In this document: piece after piece, positions 18,552-27,826 of the stretch
How positions within the stretch are numbered: position 1 is the first letter of the stretch
Layout of the letters: each line of letters opens with the position of its first letter
Origin: Candidatus Nanopelagicaceae bacterium
GTDB lineage: Bacteria; Actinomycetota; Actinomycetes; Nanopelagicales; Nanopelagicaceae
Direction of reading: 5' to 3'
DNA length: 64,000 nucleotides
NCBI GenBank assembly: GCA_040402375.1
Contig: JBBAMR010000001.1
Coordinates: 123,358 to 187,357 of the forward strand
The notes under the pieces: model-generated
Database searches by the model: none
Seen by the model: the letters and a program-made list of their open reading frames with translations, nothing else
Told to the model about the DNA's origin: nothing
Position numbers and translations under genes: made by a program

Positions 18552-19721
18552 ATGAATAAGAAGCTAGTTAGCGGAATTGCAATTGCCGCAGCTGCAGCTC
18601 TCTCGTTTGGTGTTGTTACAACATCAGCAGATGCAGCAGCCGTCAAGTCAGTTTCTCTCGTCTTTCAGGCTCCACTTACTGGTTCCGATGCCCTCACAGG
18701 TGGCGACCAGCTCTTCGGTGCTTTGACAGCGATCGAGATGTACAACGCAACAAATCCAGATGTAAAGGTCAACCTCATCAAGGCTGACGATCAGGGCGAT
18801 CCAGCAGTTGCTGGTCCTGTATCACAGGGTATTGCTACAAATAAGAATGTTGTTGGAGTAGTTGGACCTGCCTATTCAGGTGCGTCAATCGCTTCATTCC
18901 CTGCTTACAAGGCAGCGCACATTCCGATGGTCTCAATGTCTGCAACACGCGTAACATTGACAGATCCAAAGGCGCGCGACAATGGATTCCCATTCTTCCA
19001 CCGTATCGTTCCTCCCGATTCACTTCAGGGAACCTCACTCGTGAAGTGGGCAACTGAGGGTGTTACATCACCTAAGGTCTACGTCATTGACGATCTACAG
19101 TCATACTCAACAGGTCTTGTTCAGTACTTGGCTCCACAGCTCAAGGCTCAGAAGCTCACACCAGTAGCTTTCAGCCACCAGCCAAAGGGCACAACTGATT
19201 ACTCATCAGAGGCTTCAAAGATCAAGGCATCTGGCGCAAACGTAGTTATCTACGCTGGCTACTACCCAGAAGCTGCAGCTCTTGCAAAGGCTCTTAAGCT
19301 TGCAGGCTATACAGGCGTTATCGCATCAGGCGACGGCACACTCAACACAGGTTTCGTTACCGGTGCTGGTTCAGCTGCAGCTGAAGGTGTTCGCCTCACA
19401 GCTCCAGATCTACCATTCACCCTCGTAGCTAATGCTGCTCAGAAGGCTGCATACACAAAGGCAACAGGAGAGTCAGTCTCAAAGGCTGATTCACACGTTT
19501 ACGTCGTATCAACCTACGATGCAACAAACGTCTTCTTGACCTGTATCAAGGGCGGCGCAGTTACTCGCGCAGCTATCCAGAACTGCATTAACAACCAGTC
19601 TTTCTCAACATTGGCTGGCGTTAACGTGAAGTTCGGGCGCTACGGTGACGTTGTCGGTGGAGCACCAATCGGTGGCTTCGTCGTCAAGGGTGGAGTTATC
19701 TCCTACGTAGGCGCTAAGTAA
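18552..19721 (+). CDS. branched-chain amino acid ABC transporter substrate-binding protein (LivK/LivJ family)
   Basis: Periplasmic-binding-protein type-1 fold signature. I prefer ATG 18552 (MNKKLVSGIAIAAAAALSFGVVTTSADA, a signal peptide) with GAAAGG upstream. The ORF-track start at 18474 adds 26 non-signal-like residues. No lipobox Cys is present. Confidence 0.88.
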   Translation: MNKKLVSGIAIAAAAALSFGVVTTSADAAAVKSVSLVFQAPLTGSDALTGGDQLFGALTAIEMYNATNPDVKVNLIKADDQGDPAVAGPVSQGIATNKNVVGVVGPAYSGASIASFPAYKAAHIPMVSMSATRVTLTDPKARDNGFPFFHRIVPPDSLQGTSLVKWATEGVTSPKVYVIDDLQSYSTGLVQYLAPQLKAQKLTPVAFSHQPKGTTDYSSEASKIKASGANVVIYAGYYPEAAALAKALKLAGYTGVIASGDGTLNTGFVTGAGSAAAEGVRLTAPDLPFTLVANAAQKAAYTKATGESVSKADSHVYVVSTYDATNVFLTCIKGGAVTRAAIQNCINNQSFSTLAGVNVKFGRYGDVVGGAPIGGFVVKGGVISYVGAK

Positions 19722-19775
19722 GGCTCATTTCTATTGCTCTTGGATGAAAATCTAGGGAGATAGTGTGAAGTAAAG

Positions 19776-19820
19776 AGTCGGGGCCCTATCACTGCATCAC
19801 GCAGAGATATGGCCCTGATT
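19776..19820 (+). other. long imperfect intercistronic hairpin between the binding-protein and permease genes
   Basis: 19776-19790 pairs with 19806-19820 (15 positions, 1 mismatch, 2 G.U). An apical extension ctgc/gcag closes a 5-nt loop. No U-tract follows. Confidence 0.5.
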
Positions 19821-19932
19821 CACTTCTATGGGGTTTGAGATACCGCCTCTGTCAAATAGTATTGCCCCCTGATAGCGCAACAGCTGGCGTCAAGGTTGAC
19901 CGAGTTGTAGGCAGCGAGAAGAGAAGAGTGAG

Positions 19933-20886
19933 ATGAATTTTTCAGTCGTAACAAGCCAATTTTGGCAGTTACTCCTCAATGGTCTGGCCGTGGGATTGAT
20001 CTATGTCTTGATCTCCCTTGGTTACACCATGGTCTATGGCGTACTCCGCCTCATTAACTTTGCCAACTCCGAGATCTTTATGATCGGCACCTTCGGGACC
20101 GTTGTAGTGACTCAGCAAGTTCTTCACTACACAAGCGGTCACGAAGCGCTTCATGGTCTCCATCTCATTCTCGTCTTGCTTTTGATTCTCGTCGTCTCGA
20201 TGATCTTCTCAGCAGTCACCGCACTCTTCGTCGAACTCATTGCCTATCGGCGCCTTCGCTCGAAAGGAACAAACCGGTTAGCGAGTTTGATCTCCGCAAT
20301 CGGCACATCAATTGTTCTCTCTGAGGGCGTGCGCATTGCGACAAAGTCTGCGCCGGTACCAACACCGCGCCTACTCACTAAATTTAATATCGCCACCTTT
20401 CACGGTGTAGCTCTTCGCGTCGATACCGTCATGGTGATCGTCGGCGCTTTGGTTCTCTACATCGCTGTTGATCGCTTTGTTTCAAAGACCCTCTTGGGTA
20501 AGGCGATCCGCGCCGTATCGATGTCTGAAGACACCTCAAAGCTCATGGGTATTAACCTCAACCGAGTCATCTCTGCGACCTTCCTCATTGGTGGTCTTGT
20601 GACCGGTGCTGCCGCCTTCTTCTACATGCAGGTATATGAGACAACAGTCTTTAACGTCGGATTTAACCTCGGCCTAGCTGCATTTACCGCCGCAGTACTC
20701 GGCGGAATCGGAAATATTCGTGGCGCCTTCTATGGGGGATTAACCCTCGGCCTCTTCGAACAATTCGCCTCGGCAATTATCGGTGGCCAATGGAAGTCAG
20801 TCACCGTCTTCTCAGTCCTCGTCCTTGTCCTTCTGCTTCGCCCAAATGGTCTCTTTGGCGAAGCTATTACGCAGAGTAGGGTCTAA
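19933..20886 (+). CDS. livH: branched-chain amino acid ABC transporter permease (LivH family)
   Basis: 317 aa polytopic protein. LivH-like N-terminus (LLNGLAVGLIYVLISLGYTMVYGVLRLINFA) and C-terminal LLLRPNGLFG. Confidence 0.9.
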   Translation: MNFSVVTSQFWQLLLNGLAVGLIYVLISLGYTMVYGVLRLINFANSEIFMIGTFGTVVVTQQVLHYTSGHEALHGLHLILVLLLILVVSMIFSAVTALFVELIAYRRLRSKGTNRLASLISAIGTSIVLSEGVRIATKSAPVPTPRLLTKFNIATFHGVALRVDTVMVIVGALVLYIAVDRFVSKTLLGKAIRAVSMSEDTSKLMGINLNRVISATFLIGGLVTGAAAFFYMQVYETTVFNVGFNLGLAAFTAAVLGGIGNIRGAFYGGLTLGLFEQFASAIIGGQWKSVTVFSVLVLVLLLRPNGLFGEAITQSRV

Positions 20887-20891
20887 CCGCG

Positions 20892-21941
20892 ATGATTAAT
20901 CTACGAGATAAAGGTGCAGCGGTCTGGGAGAACTGGGGCCGACCTCAGAGAGTTGCTTTCGCTGTCATAGTTATTGCGCTCGTCGGACTACTTCCTTTTG
21001 GTGGAGATTTTACGTTCACTAGTTTCCTCAATACCCCTATTAGCTCGTACCAAGCTGTCTTGGTCTATCCAGTTGGCATGTTCGTCTTGATGGCCCTTGG
21101 CCTCAATATCGTTGTCGGAAAATCTGGGCTACTTGACCTTGGCTACGTCGCATTCTTTGCAATCGGTGGGTATACCGCTGGCCTTCTGGGTCAGTACACG
21201 CACCTCAATACGTGGGAGATTCTGCCTTTCGGCATGGCGGCGGCGATGCTCGCCGGTGTTGCACTTGGCCTTCCAACGCTTCGTCTTCGCGGTGACTATC
21301 TTGCGATCGTTACTCTCGGCTTTGGTGAGATCGTACGAATCGTCGCACTTAATACTCAATCACTCGGTGCATCTACCGGTATCGCTGCGATTCCAACCCC
21401 ACCAAAGACTTTCGGTCTGATCTTTGATATCGAACACTCAAACTCATACTTCTGGGTCGTTCTGATCATGATCCTGCTTGTTATCTGGATGGTTCGTCGA
21501 TTTACTGTCCGTCGCCCTGGTCGTGCTTGGGAAGCGATTCGCCAAGATGAAGATGTCGCCATCTTGATGGGTGTTCCGATCCTGAAATATAAGATCTGGT
21601 CATTCTCGATTGGCGCTGCTATCGGTGGAGCTGCTGGTGTGATCTTTGCATCGAAGACTCAGTATGTCGCTCCTAATGAATTTACCTTCAACGTCTCAGT
21701 ATTGATTCTCGCCTGCGTAGTCTTTGGCGGAATGGGAAATATCTGGGGAGTAGTTCTTGGCGGAGTTATTCTCGCTTACCTGCCAGAGCGCATCCGATTC
21801 ATCTCGAATGCCCGCCAGCTAGTTTTCGGCCTCACCCTTGTTGTCATTATGAATCTTCGTCCTGATGGAATCTTGCCTCGAAAGAAGCGTGAGAAATTGG
21901 GAGTGAAAAATAAGAGCCTCAAGGGGGGTAGCGATGTCTAA
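20892..21941 (+). CDS. livM: branched-chain amino acid ABC transporter permease (LivM family)
   Basis: 349 aa polytopic protein with GLLDLGYVAFFAIGGY, LRLRGDYLAIVTLGFGEI and RPDGILP. Confidence 0.9.
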   Translation: MINLRDKGAAVWENWGRPQRVAFAVIVIALVGLLPFGGDFTFTSFLNTPISSYQAVLVYPVGMFVLMALGLNIVVGKSGLLDLGYVAFFAIGGYTAGLLGQYTHLNTWEILPFGMAAAMLAGVALGLPTLRLRGDYLAIVTLGFGEIVRIVALNTQSLGASTGIAAIPTPPKTFGLIFDIEHSNSYFWVVLIMILLVIWMVRRFTVRRPGRAWEAIRQDEDVAILMGVPILKYKIWSFSIGAAIGGAAGVIFASKTQYVAPNEFTFNVSVLILACVVFGGMGNIWGVVLGGVILAYLPERIRFISNARQLVFGLTLVVIMNLRPDGILPRKKREKLGVKNKSLKGGSDV

Positions 21942-22719
21942 GCAGGAAGAACGCATCCTCGAACTCAAAGATGTCACTATGCAATTTGGTGGGGTTAAGG
22001 CGCTCAATGGCGTCAACTTCCACGTTAATCGTGGTGAGATCTGTGCTCTGATCGGGCCTAACGGTGCCGGAAAGACAACGATCTTCAACGTCATCACCGG
22101 TGTCTACACACCAACATCAGGAGACATTACTTTCAAGGGCTCTTCAGTCGTCGGGCTGAAGCGCAATGTCATCACCTCACGCGGCATCGCACGTACCTTC
22201 CAAAATGTTCGCCTCTTCGGCGAGATGACCGCGCTTGAAAATGTTATGACCGCTACCGATGTCCATAAGAAATCTGGACTTGTAGGAGCGCTCTTTGGTA
22301 CTCCACGTGCACGTCGCGAAGAGAAGGCTGGTCGCGCACGCGCTCATGAGCTCCTTGAATTTATGGGGATCGATCATCGCTCTGATCAACTCGGCAAGAA
22401 CTTGCCATACGGCGATCAGCGTCGACTTGAGATCGCTCGTGCACTTGGTACTGAACCAGAGATCGTTCTCTTGGATGAGCCGGCTGCCGGCTTCAACCCA
22501 GCAGAGAAGGTGGCGCTAGCTGCGACGATTCGCAAGATTCGCGATGCCGGATACACCGTCCTCTTGATCGAACACGATATGTCACTGATCATGGGAATCT
22601 CTGATCGAGTCTCTGTCCTCGATTTCGGACAGAAGATCGCTGATGGAACGCCAGCAGAAGTTCAGAATGATCCGAAGGTTATTGAGGCTTACTTAGGAGT
22701 GCCAACAGATGCGTCTTGA
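21934..22719 (+). CDS. livG: branched-chain amino acid ABC transporter ATP-binding protein (LivG family)
   Basis: 261 aa. Walker A GPNGAGKTT, signature region YGDQRRLEIARAL, Walker B VLLDEPAAG, C-terminal VIEAYLG. Overlaps livM by 8 nt. Confidence 0.93.
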   Translation: MSKQEERILELKDVTMQFGGVKALNGVNFHVNRGEICALIGPNGAGKTTIFNVITGVYTPTSGDITFKGSSVVGLKRNVITSRGIARTFQNVRLFGEMTALENVMTATDVHKKSGLVGALFGTPRARREEKAGRARAHELLEFMGIDHRSDQLGKNLPYGDQRRLEIARALGTEPEIVLLDEPAAGFNPAEKVALAATIRKIRDAGYTVLLIEHDMSLIMGISDRVSVLDFGQKIADGTPAEVQNDPKVIEAYLGVPTDAS

Positions 22720-23434
22720 AGTGAAGGACCTGCGGGTCCAATATGGAAAAATTGAGGCTATTAAGGGAATCTCCTTCGTCGTTGAAGAGGGCGAGATCGT
22801 CACGCTGATCGGTGCAAATGGCGCCGGAAAGACGACGACCCTCAAGACCATCTCAGGGCTACGCCCCGTCGCCAGCGGTCAGATCTTCTATAACGGTGAA
22901 GATATCTCTAAGGTCCCGGCTCACGAGCGCGTAAACCTTGGAATCTCACAAGCGCCGGAAGGTCGTGGAATCTTTCCTGGTATGACCGTTCTTGAGAACC
23001 TTGAAATCGGAAAGTACTCCCGCAAGGATCGCAAGAATGAGATGCAGGAAGATCTCGAGAAGATCTACTCACTCTTCCCTCGCCTTAAGGAGCGCTCAGG
23101 CCAAGCTGGCGGAACACTCTCTGGTGGCGAACAACAGATGCTTGCTATCGGTCGCGCAATGATGGCTCGTCCAAAGGTCTTGCTTCTCGACGAACCTTCA
23201 ATGGGTCTCGCCCCGATGATGATTCAAAATATCTTCAATATCATCACAGAAATTAATACGGTCCTTGGAACAACAATCTTGCTCGTTGAACAGAACGCTG
23301 CTCAGGCACTTCAACGCGCCGATCGCGCTTACATTCTCGAGACCGGAAATATTGTTAAAGGAGCTAAAGCTTCTGATCTCTTGGATGATCCTGCGGTTCG
23401 CGAGGCATATCTAGGAACCGGCGCTCACTCCTAA
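22709..23434 (+). CDS. livF: branched-chain amino acid ABC transporter ATP-binding protein (LivF family)
   Basis: 241 aa. Walker A GANGAGKTT, signature LSGGEQQML, Walker B LLLDEPSMGL, C-terminal VREAYLG. Overlaps livG by 11 nt. Confidence 0.93.
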   Translation: MRLEVKDLRVQYGKIEAIKGISFVVEEGEIVTLIGANGAGKTTTLKTISGLRPVASGQIFYNGEDISKVPAHERVNLGISQAPEGRGIFPGMTVLENLEIGKYSRKDRKNEMQEDLEKIYSLFPRLKERSGQAGGTLSGGEQQMLAIGRAMMARPKVLLLDEPSMGLAPMMIQNIFNIITEINTVLGTTILLVEQNAAQALQRADRAYILETGNIVKGAKASDLLDDPAVREAYLGTGAHS

Positions 23435-23440
23435 GTTAGA

Positions 23441-23848
23441 TTATTTTCGATCTGCCAAGATGAGGCAGGTGATGCGCGAGGTACATGTGCGCTCACCTGC
23501 CTCATTTGTTATCACAATCTCATAGACACAGAGGGTCTTCCCTAGCGAAATAGCGGTTGCGACTCCAGTGACAAAACCTTCGGTTGCAGATTTATGGTGG
23601 GTCGCGTTGATATCTACGCCGACGATGCGTCGATCAGGACCCGCGTGAAGACTGGTTCCGACTGAACCCAAACTCTCGGCCAAGACAACATTGGCGCCGC
23701 CATGCAGGAGTCCAAAGGGTTGGGTATTTCCTTCAACCGGCATGCGTGCAACAAGCCGCTGGGGAGAGGCTTCAAGGAATTCAATTCCCATCTTCTGATC
23801 TAAGGCCCCGCTGCCACGCTTGCGAATAATCTCTAGATAGTCGGTCAT
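23441..23848 (-). CDS. PaaI-family hotdog-fold acyl-CoA thioesterase
   Basis: 135 aa with LHGGANVVLAESLGS and INATHHKS, typical of PaaI/YbdB-type thioesterases. Confidence 0.8.
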   Translation of the reverse strand: MTDYLEIIRKRGSGALDQKMGIEFLEASPQRLVARMPVEGNTQPFGLLHGGANVVLAESLGSVGTSLHAGPDRRIVGVDINATHHKSATEGFVTGVATAISLGKTLCVYEIVITNEAGERTCTSRITCLILADRK

Positions 23849-23855
23849 ACTCAGG

Positions 23856-23861
23856 AGTGTA
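23856..23861 (-). promoter_or_regulatory. candidate -10 hexamer TACACT (TANNNT) 7 nt upstream of the thioesterase ATG (leaderless arrangement)
   Basis: The minus strand reads TACACT-cctgagt-ATG. The divergent intergenic region is only 28 bp. Confidence 0.35.
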
Positions 23862-23863
23862 AC

Positions 23864-23869
23864 TAGACT
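23864..23869 (+). promoter_or_regulatory. candidate -10 hexamer TAGACT (TANNNT) 7 nt upstream of the polA GTG (leaderless arrangement)
   Basis: The plus strand reads TAGACT-ccacctc-GTG. No SD lies within 15 nt of the start. Confidence 0.35.
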
Positions 23870-23876
23870 CCACCTC

Positions 23877-26468
23877 GTGGGAGAAGAGAAACGCTTATTA
23901 CTGATTGATGGCCACTCACTGGCTTATCGCGCCTATTACGCGCTGCCCGTAGAGAACTTCTCGACCGCATCCGGTCAGGCAACAAATGCTATCTATGGCT
24001 TTACCTCAATGATGATCAATCTGATCAAAGAGGAGCGCCCAACACATATCGCCACCGCCTTCGATGTTTCTCGCAAGACATTCCGCTCGGAAAAGTTTCC
24101 GGAATATAAGGCGAATCGAAGCGCGACTCCCGATGAATTCAGATCGCAGATGAGCTACATCTTTGAGGCGGTCGCAGCCCTTGGTGTGCGCCACTTCGCA
24201 ATGGAGGGTTTTGAGGCAGATGACATCATCGCCACGATCTCAACCCATGCGGCAGAGCAAGGCTTTGAGGTATTAATTTGCACTGGCGACCGTGACTCAT
24301 TCCAATTAGTGAATGAAGACATCACAGTTCTCTATCCAAAGAAGGGGATGACCGATTTAGCGCGAATGACTCCAGCAGCGGTCGAAGCTAAGTATGGGCT
24401 CACTCCATCGCAGTATCCGGACTTTGCTGCGCTACGCGGAGACCCAAGCGATAATCTGCCATCAGTTCCGGGAGTCGGTGAGAAGACCGCCACAAAGTGG
24501 ATTCAAGAGTACGGATCTCTTGCTGAATTAATAGCCCGGGTAGATGAAGTACCAGGCAAGGCGGGGGATTCTCTTCGCGCTCATCTCGATGGCGTAAAAC
24601 TTAACCGTGAGCTCACCCAACTTCGCCACGATCTCTCATTCGGGGCAAGTGTCTCTGAACTACATTGGGAGGGAGTCGATTATCCAAAGCTCAATGCCCT
24701 GATGGATTCACTCGAAATTAAAGCGCTTAAGGAGAAGGCGAAGGTTCTCGGTGGTTCAAGTGAGGTTTTCAGCGATCCAATCTTGGTGCAGATGGATGCG
24801 GTCACCTCTCGAGAGATCACAAGCAAAGAGCTCGATCAACTTCTTAAGGGACGCACTGAACCCATCGCACTATTTACCGAGGTGATTGAGAAGAAGGTAA
24901 CCGCATTCGCAGTGGCACTTTCCAGCTCCGAGGTCCTGACCGTGCAAGGCGAGCTCCGAGGGGAGTGGTTGCTGAGCGCTGATCTTCCTAAGTGGATGCA
25001 TGCCGGGAAAGAGGCGCTTCGCACCACGAAGATTTCGGGTATCACTTTCGATACTGAACTCGCTGGCTACCTCATTAACCCTGGTGGCCGAAACCTCGCG
25101 CTCTCTGATCTGGCCGAGCGATTCTTGGAGCAGACGCTCTTACCTCAAAGCGATGATCTCTTTGCTAGCTTTGATGGATCACTTGCTGGCGCCATCTACT
25201 CTCTGGTGCCGGTCCTCATGGAAGAGATCACCAAGCGAGAGATGCAATCGCTACTCACCGATTTAGAAATACCGACAATGATCGAGCTCGCTGCCATGGA
25301 GCGAGATGGTATCGCTGTCGATCGCGAGAAACTCGGGAGCCTGGCCGCCTTCTTCCGTGGTGAAGTGGAGCGCGAGAGCGCCGCTGCGCATCTACTCGCT
25401 GGGCATGAATTTAACGTTGGTTCACCAAAGCAACTCCAAGTGGTGCTCTTCGATGAGCTTGGTCTTCCGAAGACGAAGAAGATTAAGACCGGTTACACCA
25501 CTGATGCCGAGAGCCTTGAGAGCCTCTTTGCGAAAACTAATCATCCAATCCTCGCTCATCTCTTGCGTATTCGCGAGACAAGCAAATTGATGACAACGAT
25601 CGATGGCTTATTAAGTGCTGTTGCATCTGATGGTCGCATCCACACAACATTTGCCCAGACTGTCACTGCGACTGGCCGGCTCTCATCAACTGATCCAAAC
25701 TTACAGAACATCCCGGTTCGCACCGAAGAAGGTCGCAAGATTCGCGACTGTTTCGTTGCAGCGAAACCTTACGTTGATCTCCTTACTGCGGATTACAGCC
25801 AGATTGAGATGCGCATCATGGCCCATCTCTCAAAAGATGCCGGTTTGATTGCCGCCTTTAAGAGTGGCGAAGATTTACACACCACTGTCGGGGCTCAAGT
25901 TTTCGGGGTGCCAGCATCGGATGTCGATCCAGAGATGCGCCGGCAGATTAAGGCGATGTCTTACGGCTTGGCTTATGGGCTCTCGGCTTTTGGCCTCTCG
26001 CAGCAACTCAATCTCTCACCGACAGAAGCTGCGACCTTAATGGGAAGCTACTTCGATCGCTTTGGTGGGATTCGTGATTACCTCAAGACCGTCGTCATTC
26101 AGGCTCGAGAGCTTGGTTACACCGAGACGATCCTTGGGCGCAGACGTTATCTTCCGGATTTGAATTCTGAGAACCGCCAGCAGCGTGAAGTTGCAGAACG
26201 TATGGCGCTCAACGCGCCGATTCAAGGATCAGCTGCCGACATCATGAAAGTGGCGATGCTCAATGTCGCAAAGCGCATGAAGAGCGAGGGGCTTGCCTCA
26301 AGACTCTTGTTACAAGTTCATGATGAATTGATCTTCGAGATCGCGGCGGGGGAGAATGAATCGCTCTCTGCCTTAGTCCGAGAGGAGATGTCTAACGCGG
26401 TCGAGCTCTCACTTCCGCTTGATGTCAACATCGGTATCGGTAAGAGTTGGGATCTTGCTGCGCATTAA
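23877..26468 (+). CDS. polA: DNA polymerase I
   Basis: 863 aa. 5'-nuclease domain (LLLIDGHSLAYRAYYAL, GDPSDNLPSVPGVGEKTA) and polymerase motifs (DYSQIEMRIMAH, RRQIKAMSYGLAYG, LQVHDELIFE). GTG start. Confidence 0.96.
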   Translation: MGEEKRLLLIDGHSLAYRAYYALPVENFSTASGQATNAIYGFTSMMINLIKEERPTHIATAFDVSRKTFRSEKFPEYKANRSATPDEFRSQMSYIFEAVAALGVRHFAMEGFEADDIIATISTHAAEQGFEVLICTGDRDSFQLVNEDITVLYPKKGMTDLARMTPAAVEAKYGLTPSQYPDFAALRGDPSDNLPSVPGVGEKTATKWIQEYGSLAELIARVDEVPGKAGDSLRAHLDGVKLNRELTQLRHDLSFGASVSELHWEGVDYPKLNALMDSLEIKALKEKAKVLGGSSEVFSDPILVQMDAVTSREITSKELDQLLKGRTEPIALFTEVIEKKVTAFAVALSSSEVLTVQGELRGEWLLSADLPKWMHAGKEALRTTKISGITFDTELAGYLINPGGRNLALSDLAERFLEQTLLPQSDDLFASFDGSLAGAIYSLVPVLMEEITKREMQSLLTDLEIPTMIELAAMERDGIAVDREKLGSLAAFFRGEVERESAAAHLLAGHEFNVGSPKQLQVVLFDELGLPKTKKIKTGYTTDAESLESLFAKTNHPILAHLLRIRETSKLMTTIDGLLSAVASDGRIHTTFAQTVTATGRLSSTDPNLQNIPVRTEEGRKIRDCFVAAKPYVDLLTADYSQIEMRIMAHLSKDAGLIAAFKSGEDLHTTVGAQVFGVPASDVDPEMRRQIKAMSYGLAYGLSAFGLSQQLNLSPTEAATLMGSYFDRFGGIRDYLKTVVIQARELGYTETILGRRRYLPDLNSENRQQREVAERMALNAPIQGSAADIMKVAMLNVAKRMKSEGLASRLLLQVHDELIFEIAAGENESLSALVREEMSNAVELSLPLDVNIGIGKSWDLAAH

Positions 26469-26474
26469 TCTGAT

Positions 26475-27662
26475 TTAATCGGGTCGGACGCCAAATCGAT
26501 CGGCTGCAGAGAGCAGTGACTTACCTTGTCGGACAACAATCAATCCGAGCACGACAGTCGCACTTGTGACGGCAAGACAAAATTGTGGTGACACTGTCTG
26601 CGAGAGTGAGCCACCAATGGCAGCACCTATAGAGGCAGCGCTTCCTTCAACGGTCCACATCCAGCCAAGTGCGGATGCTGCAGTTCCATTCGGACGGACC
26701 GCTTCAATCACTTCGAGATAGAAAACTTGTTGCGCCCCAACAGTTAATCCCACTAAACCGGCGACGACCATGAGCGACCACCCTGGAGAGGTAAAGAAGA
26801 GTGGCAGAGCAAAGAGCGCCCAGACGTAGTAGTTACGAATGAAGGCGTTGAGTGGCGTGAGGTGTTTACCAATAATTCCCGCAAGGAGCGCACCAATGAT
26901 GCTCGCTCCGCTGCCCACCGCAAAGATTGTTCCGGTCAGATGCTCTACATGTTTGATCGAGGTAAATGCCGGAACAGCGATTTCGTAGATACCGGCACCG
27001 AGCCCAATGAGAACCCCCTCAAGCATGAGAAGTCGAATTCCTGGAACTTTAAAGATTCCAACATCTGAAGGCTGCTTCTTCTCTGGCGCCCATTGACGGG
27101 TGATAGATAGCGCCGAGAGTGAGAGCCCTCCAACGATGATCAAGATTGAGCAGGCGATGAGCGCTGATGCTGGATGCTTAGATAGCGAGAGGTATGTGAC
27201 AAGCACTGGACCGATGACCGTTGCGGCGGTCATCACTGACGTATCAACCGCGAGCGCCTTACGCATATCTTCTGCTGGAACGATAAATCTCCAGAGCGGT
27301 CTAATGGAAAGATTGATTGGTGGAGCACAGAGCCCCAGGAGAAGACTGGCGATAATCAGACCACTTCGACTGCCGACGAAGTTCAGTACCAGGATCGCAC
27401 TGCCGTACGAGGGAACAAAGAAGCGAAGCGGGGTCCTCATTCCGAATCGATCCAACAGGCCAGATCGAATGCTTGTCGTGAGCGCGCCGGTAATGCCATT
27501 GAGGCCGGCAACGAATCCGGCGAAGGCTATCGATTGGGTGGCGTGGTAGGTCTTAAAGTAAAGACCTAAACCGATCATTCCGTAGGCCAGGCGAGCAGGG
27601 AATGAGGCGAAGATCATCGAGTAGACCCCGGGAAATTTGAGAATTCGTAGATATTCGCGCAC
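26475..27662 (-). CDS. MFS transporter
   Basis: 395 aa with about 12 hydrophobic segments and a major-facilitator-like organisation. Substrate unknown. GTG start. Confidence 0.75.
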   Translation of the reverse strand: MREYLRILKFPGVYSMIFASFPARLAYGMIGLGLYFKTYHATQSIAFAGFVAGLNGITGALTTSIRSGLLDRFGMRTPLRFFVPSYGSAILVLNFVGSRSGLIIASLLLGLCAPPINLSIRPLWRFIVPAEDMRKALAVDTSVMTAATVIGPVLVTYLSLSKHPASALIACSILIIVGGLSLSALSITRQWAPEKKQPSDVGIFKVPGIRLLMLEGVLIGLGAGIYEIAVPAFTSIKHVEHLTGTIFAVGSGASIIGALLAGIIGKHLTPLNAFIRNYYVWALFALPLFFTSPGWSLMVVAGLVGLTVGAQQVFYLEVIEAVRPNGTAASALGWMWTVEGSAASIGAAIGGSLSQTVSPQFCLAVTSATVVLGLIVVRQGKSLLSAADRFGVRPD

Positions 27663-27668
27663 GAACCC

Positions 27669-27674
27669 ATCGTA
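27669..27674 (-). promoter_or_regulatory. candidate -10 hexamer TACGAT (TANNNT) 6 nt upstream of the MFS GTG start (leaderless arrangement)
   Basis: The minus strand reads TACGAT-gggttc-GTG. Confidence 0.35.
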
Positions 27675-27718
27675 TCCGTACGCGTGGTCAGGGCGAGAGT
27701 TGATGGGAAATCGACGGT

Positions 27719-27747
27719 TTGACCCCTATTTCGCAGGTGCGTACCCT
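27719..27747 (+). promoter_or_regulatory. candidate rpsA promoter: TTGACC - 17 nt - TACCCT
   Basis: -35-like TTGACC at 27719-27724, a 17-nt spacer, then -10-like TACCCT at 27742-27747. This lies about 80 nt upstream of the preferred rpsA start and is followed by a pyrimidine-rich leader. Confidence 0.4.
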
Positions 27748-27826
27748 TAGCAACTCACCCCGCATCCAGCTGGGCTACTGTAAAAAGCGTCCTATCCCTA
27801 CTACTTCTATTCACCTACGGAGCAAC

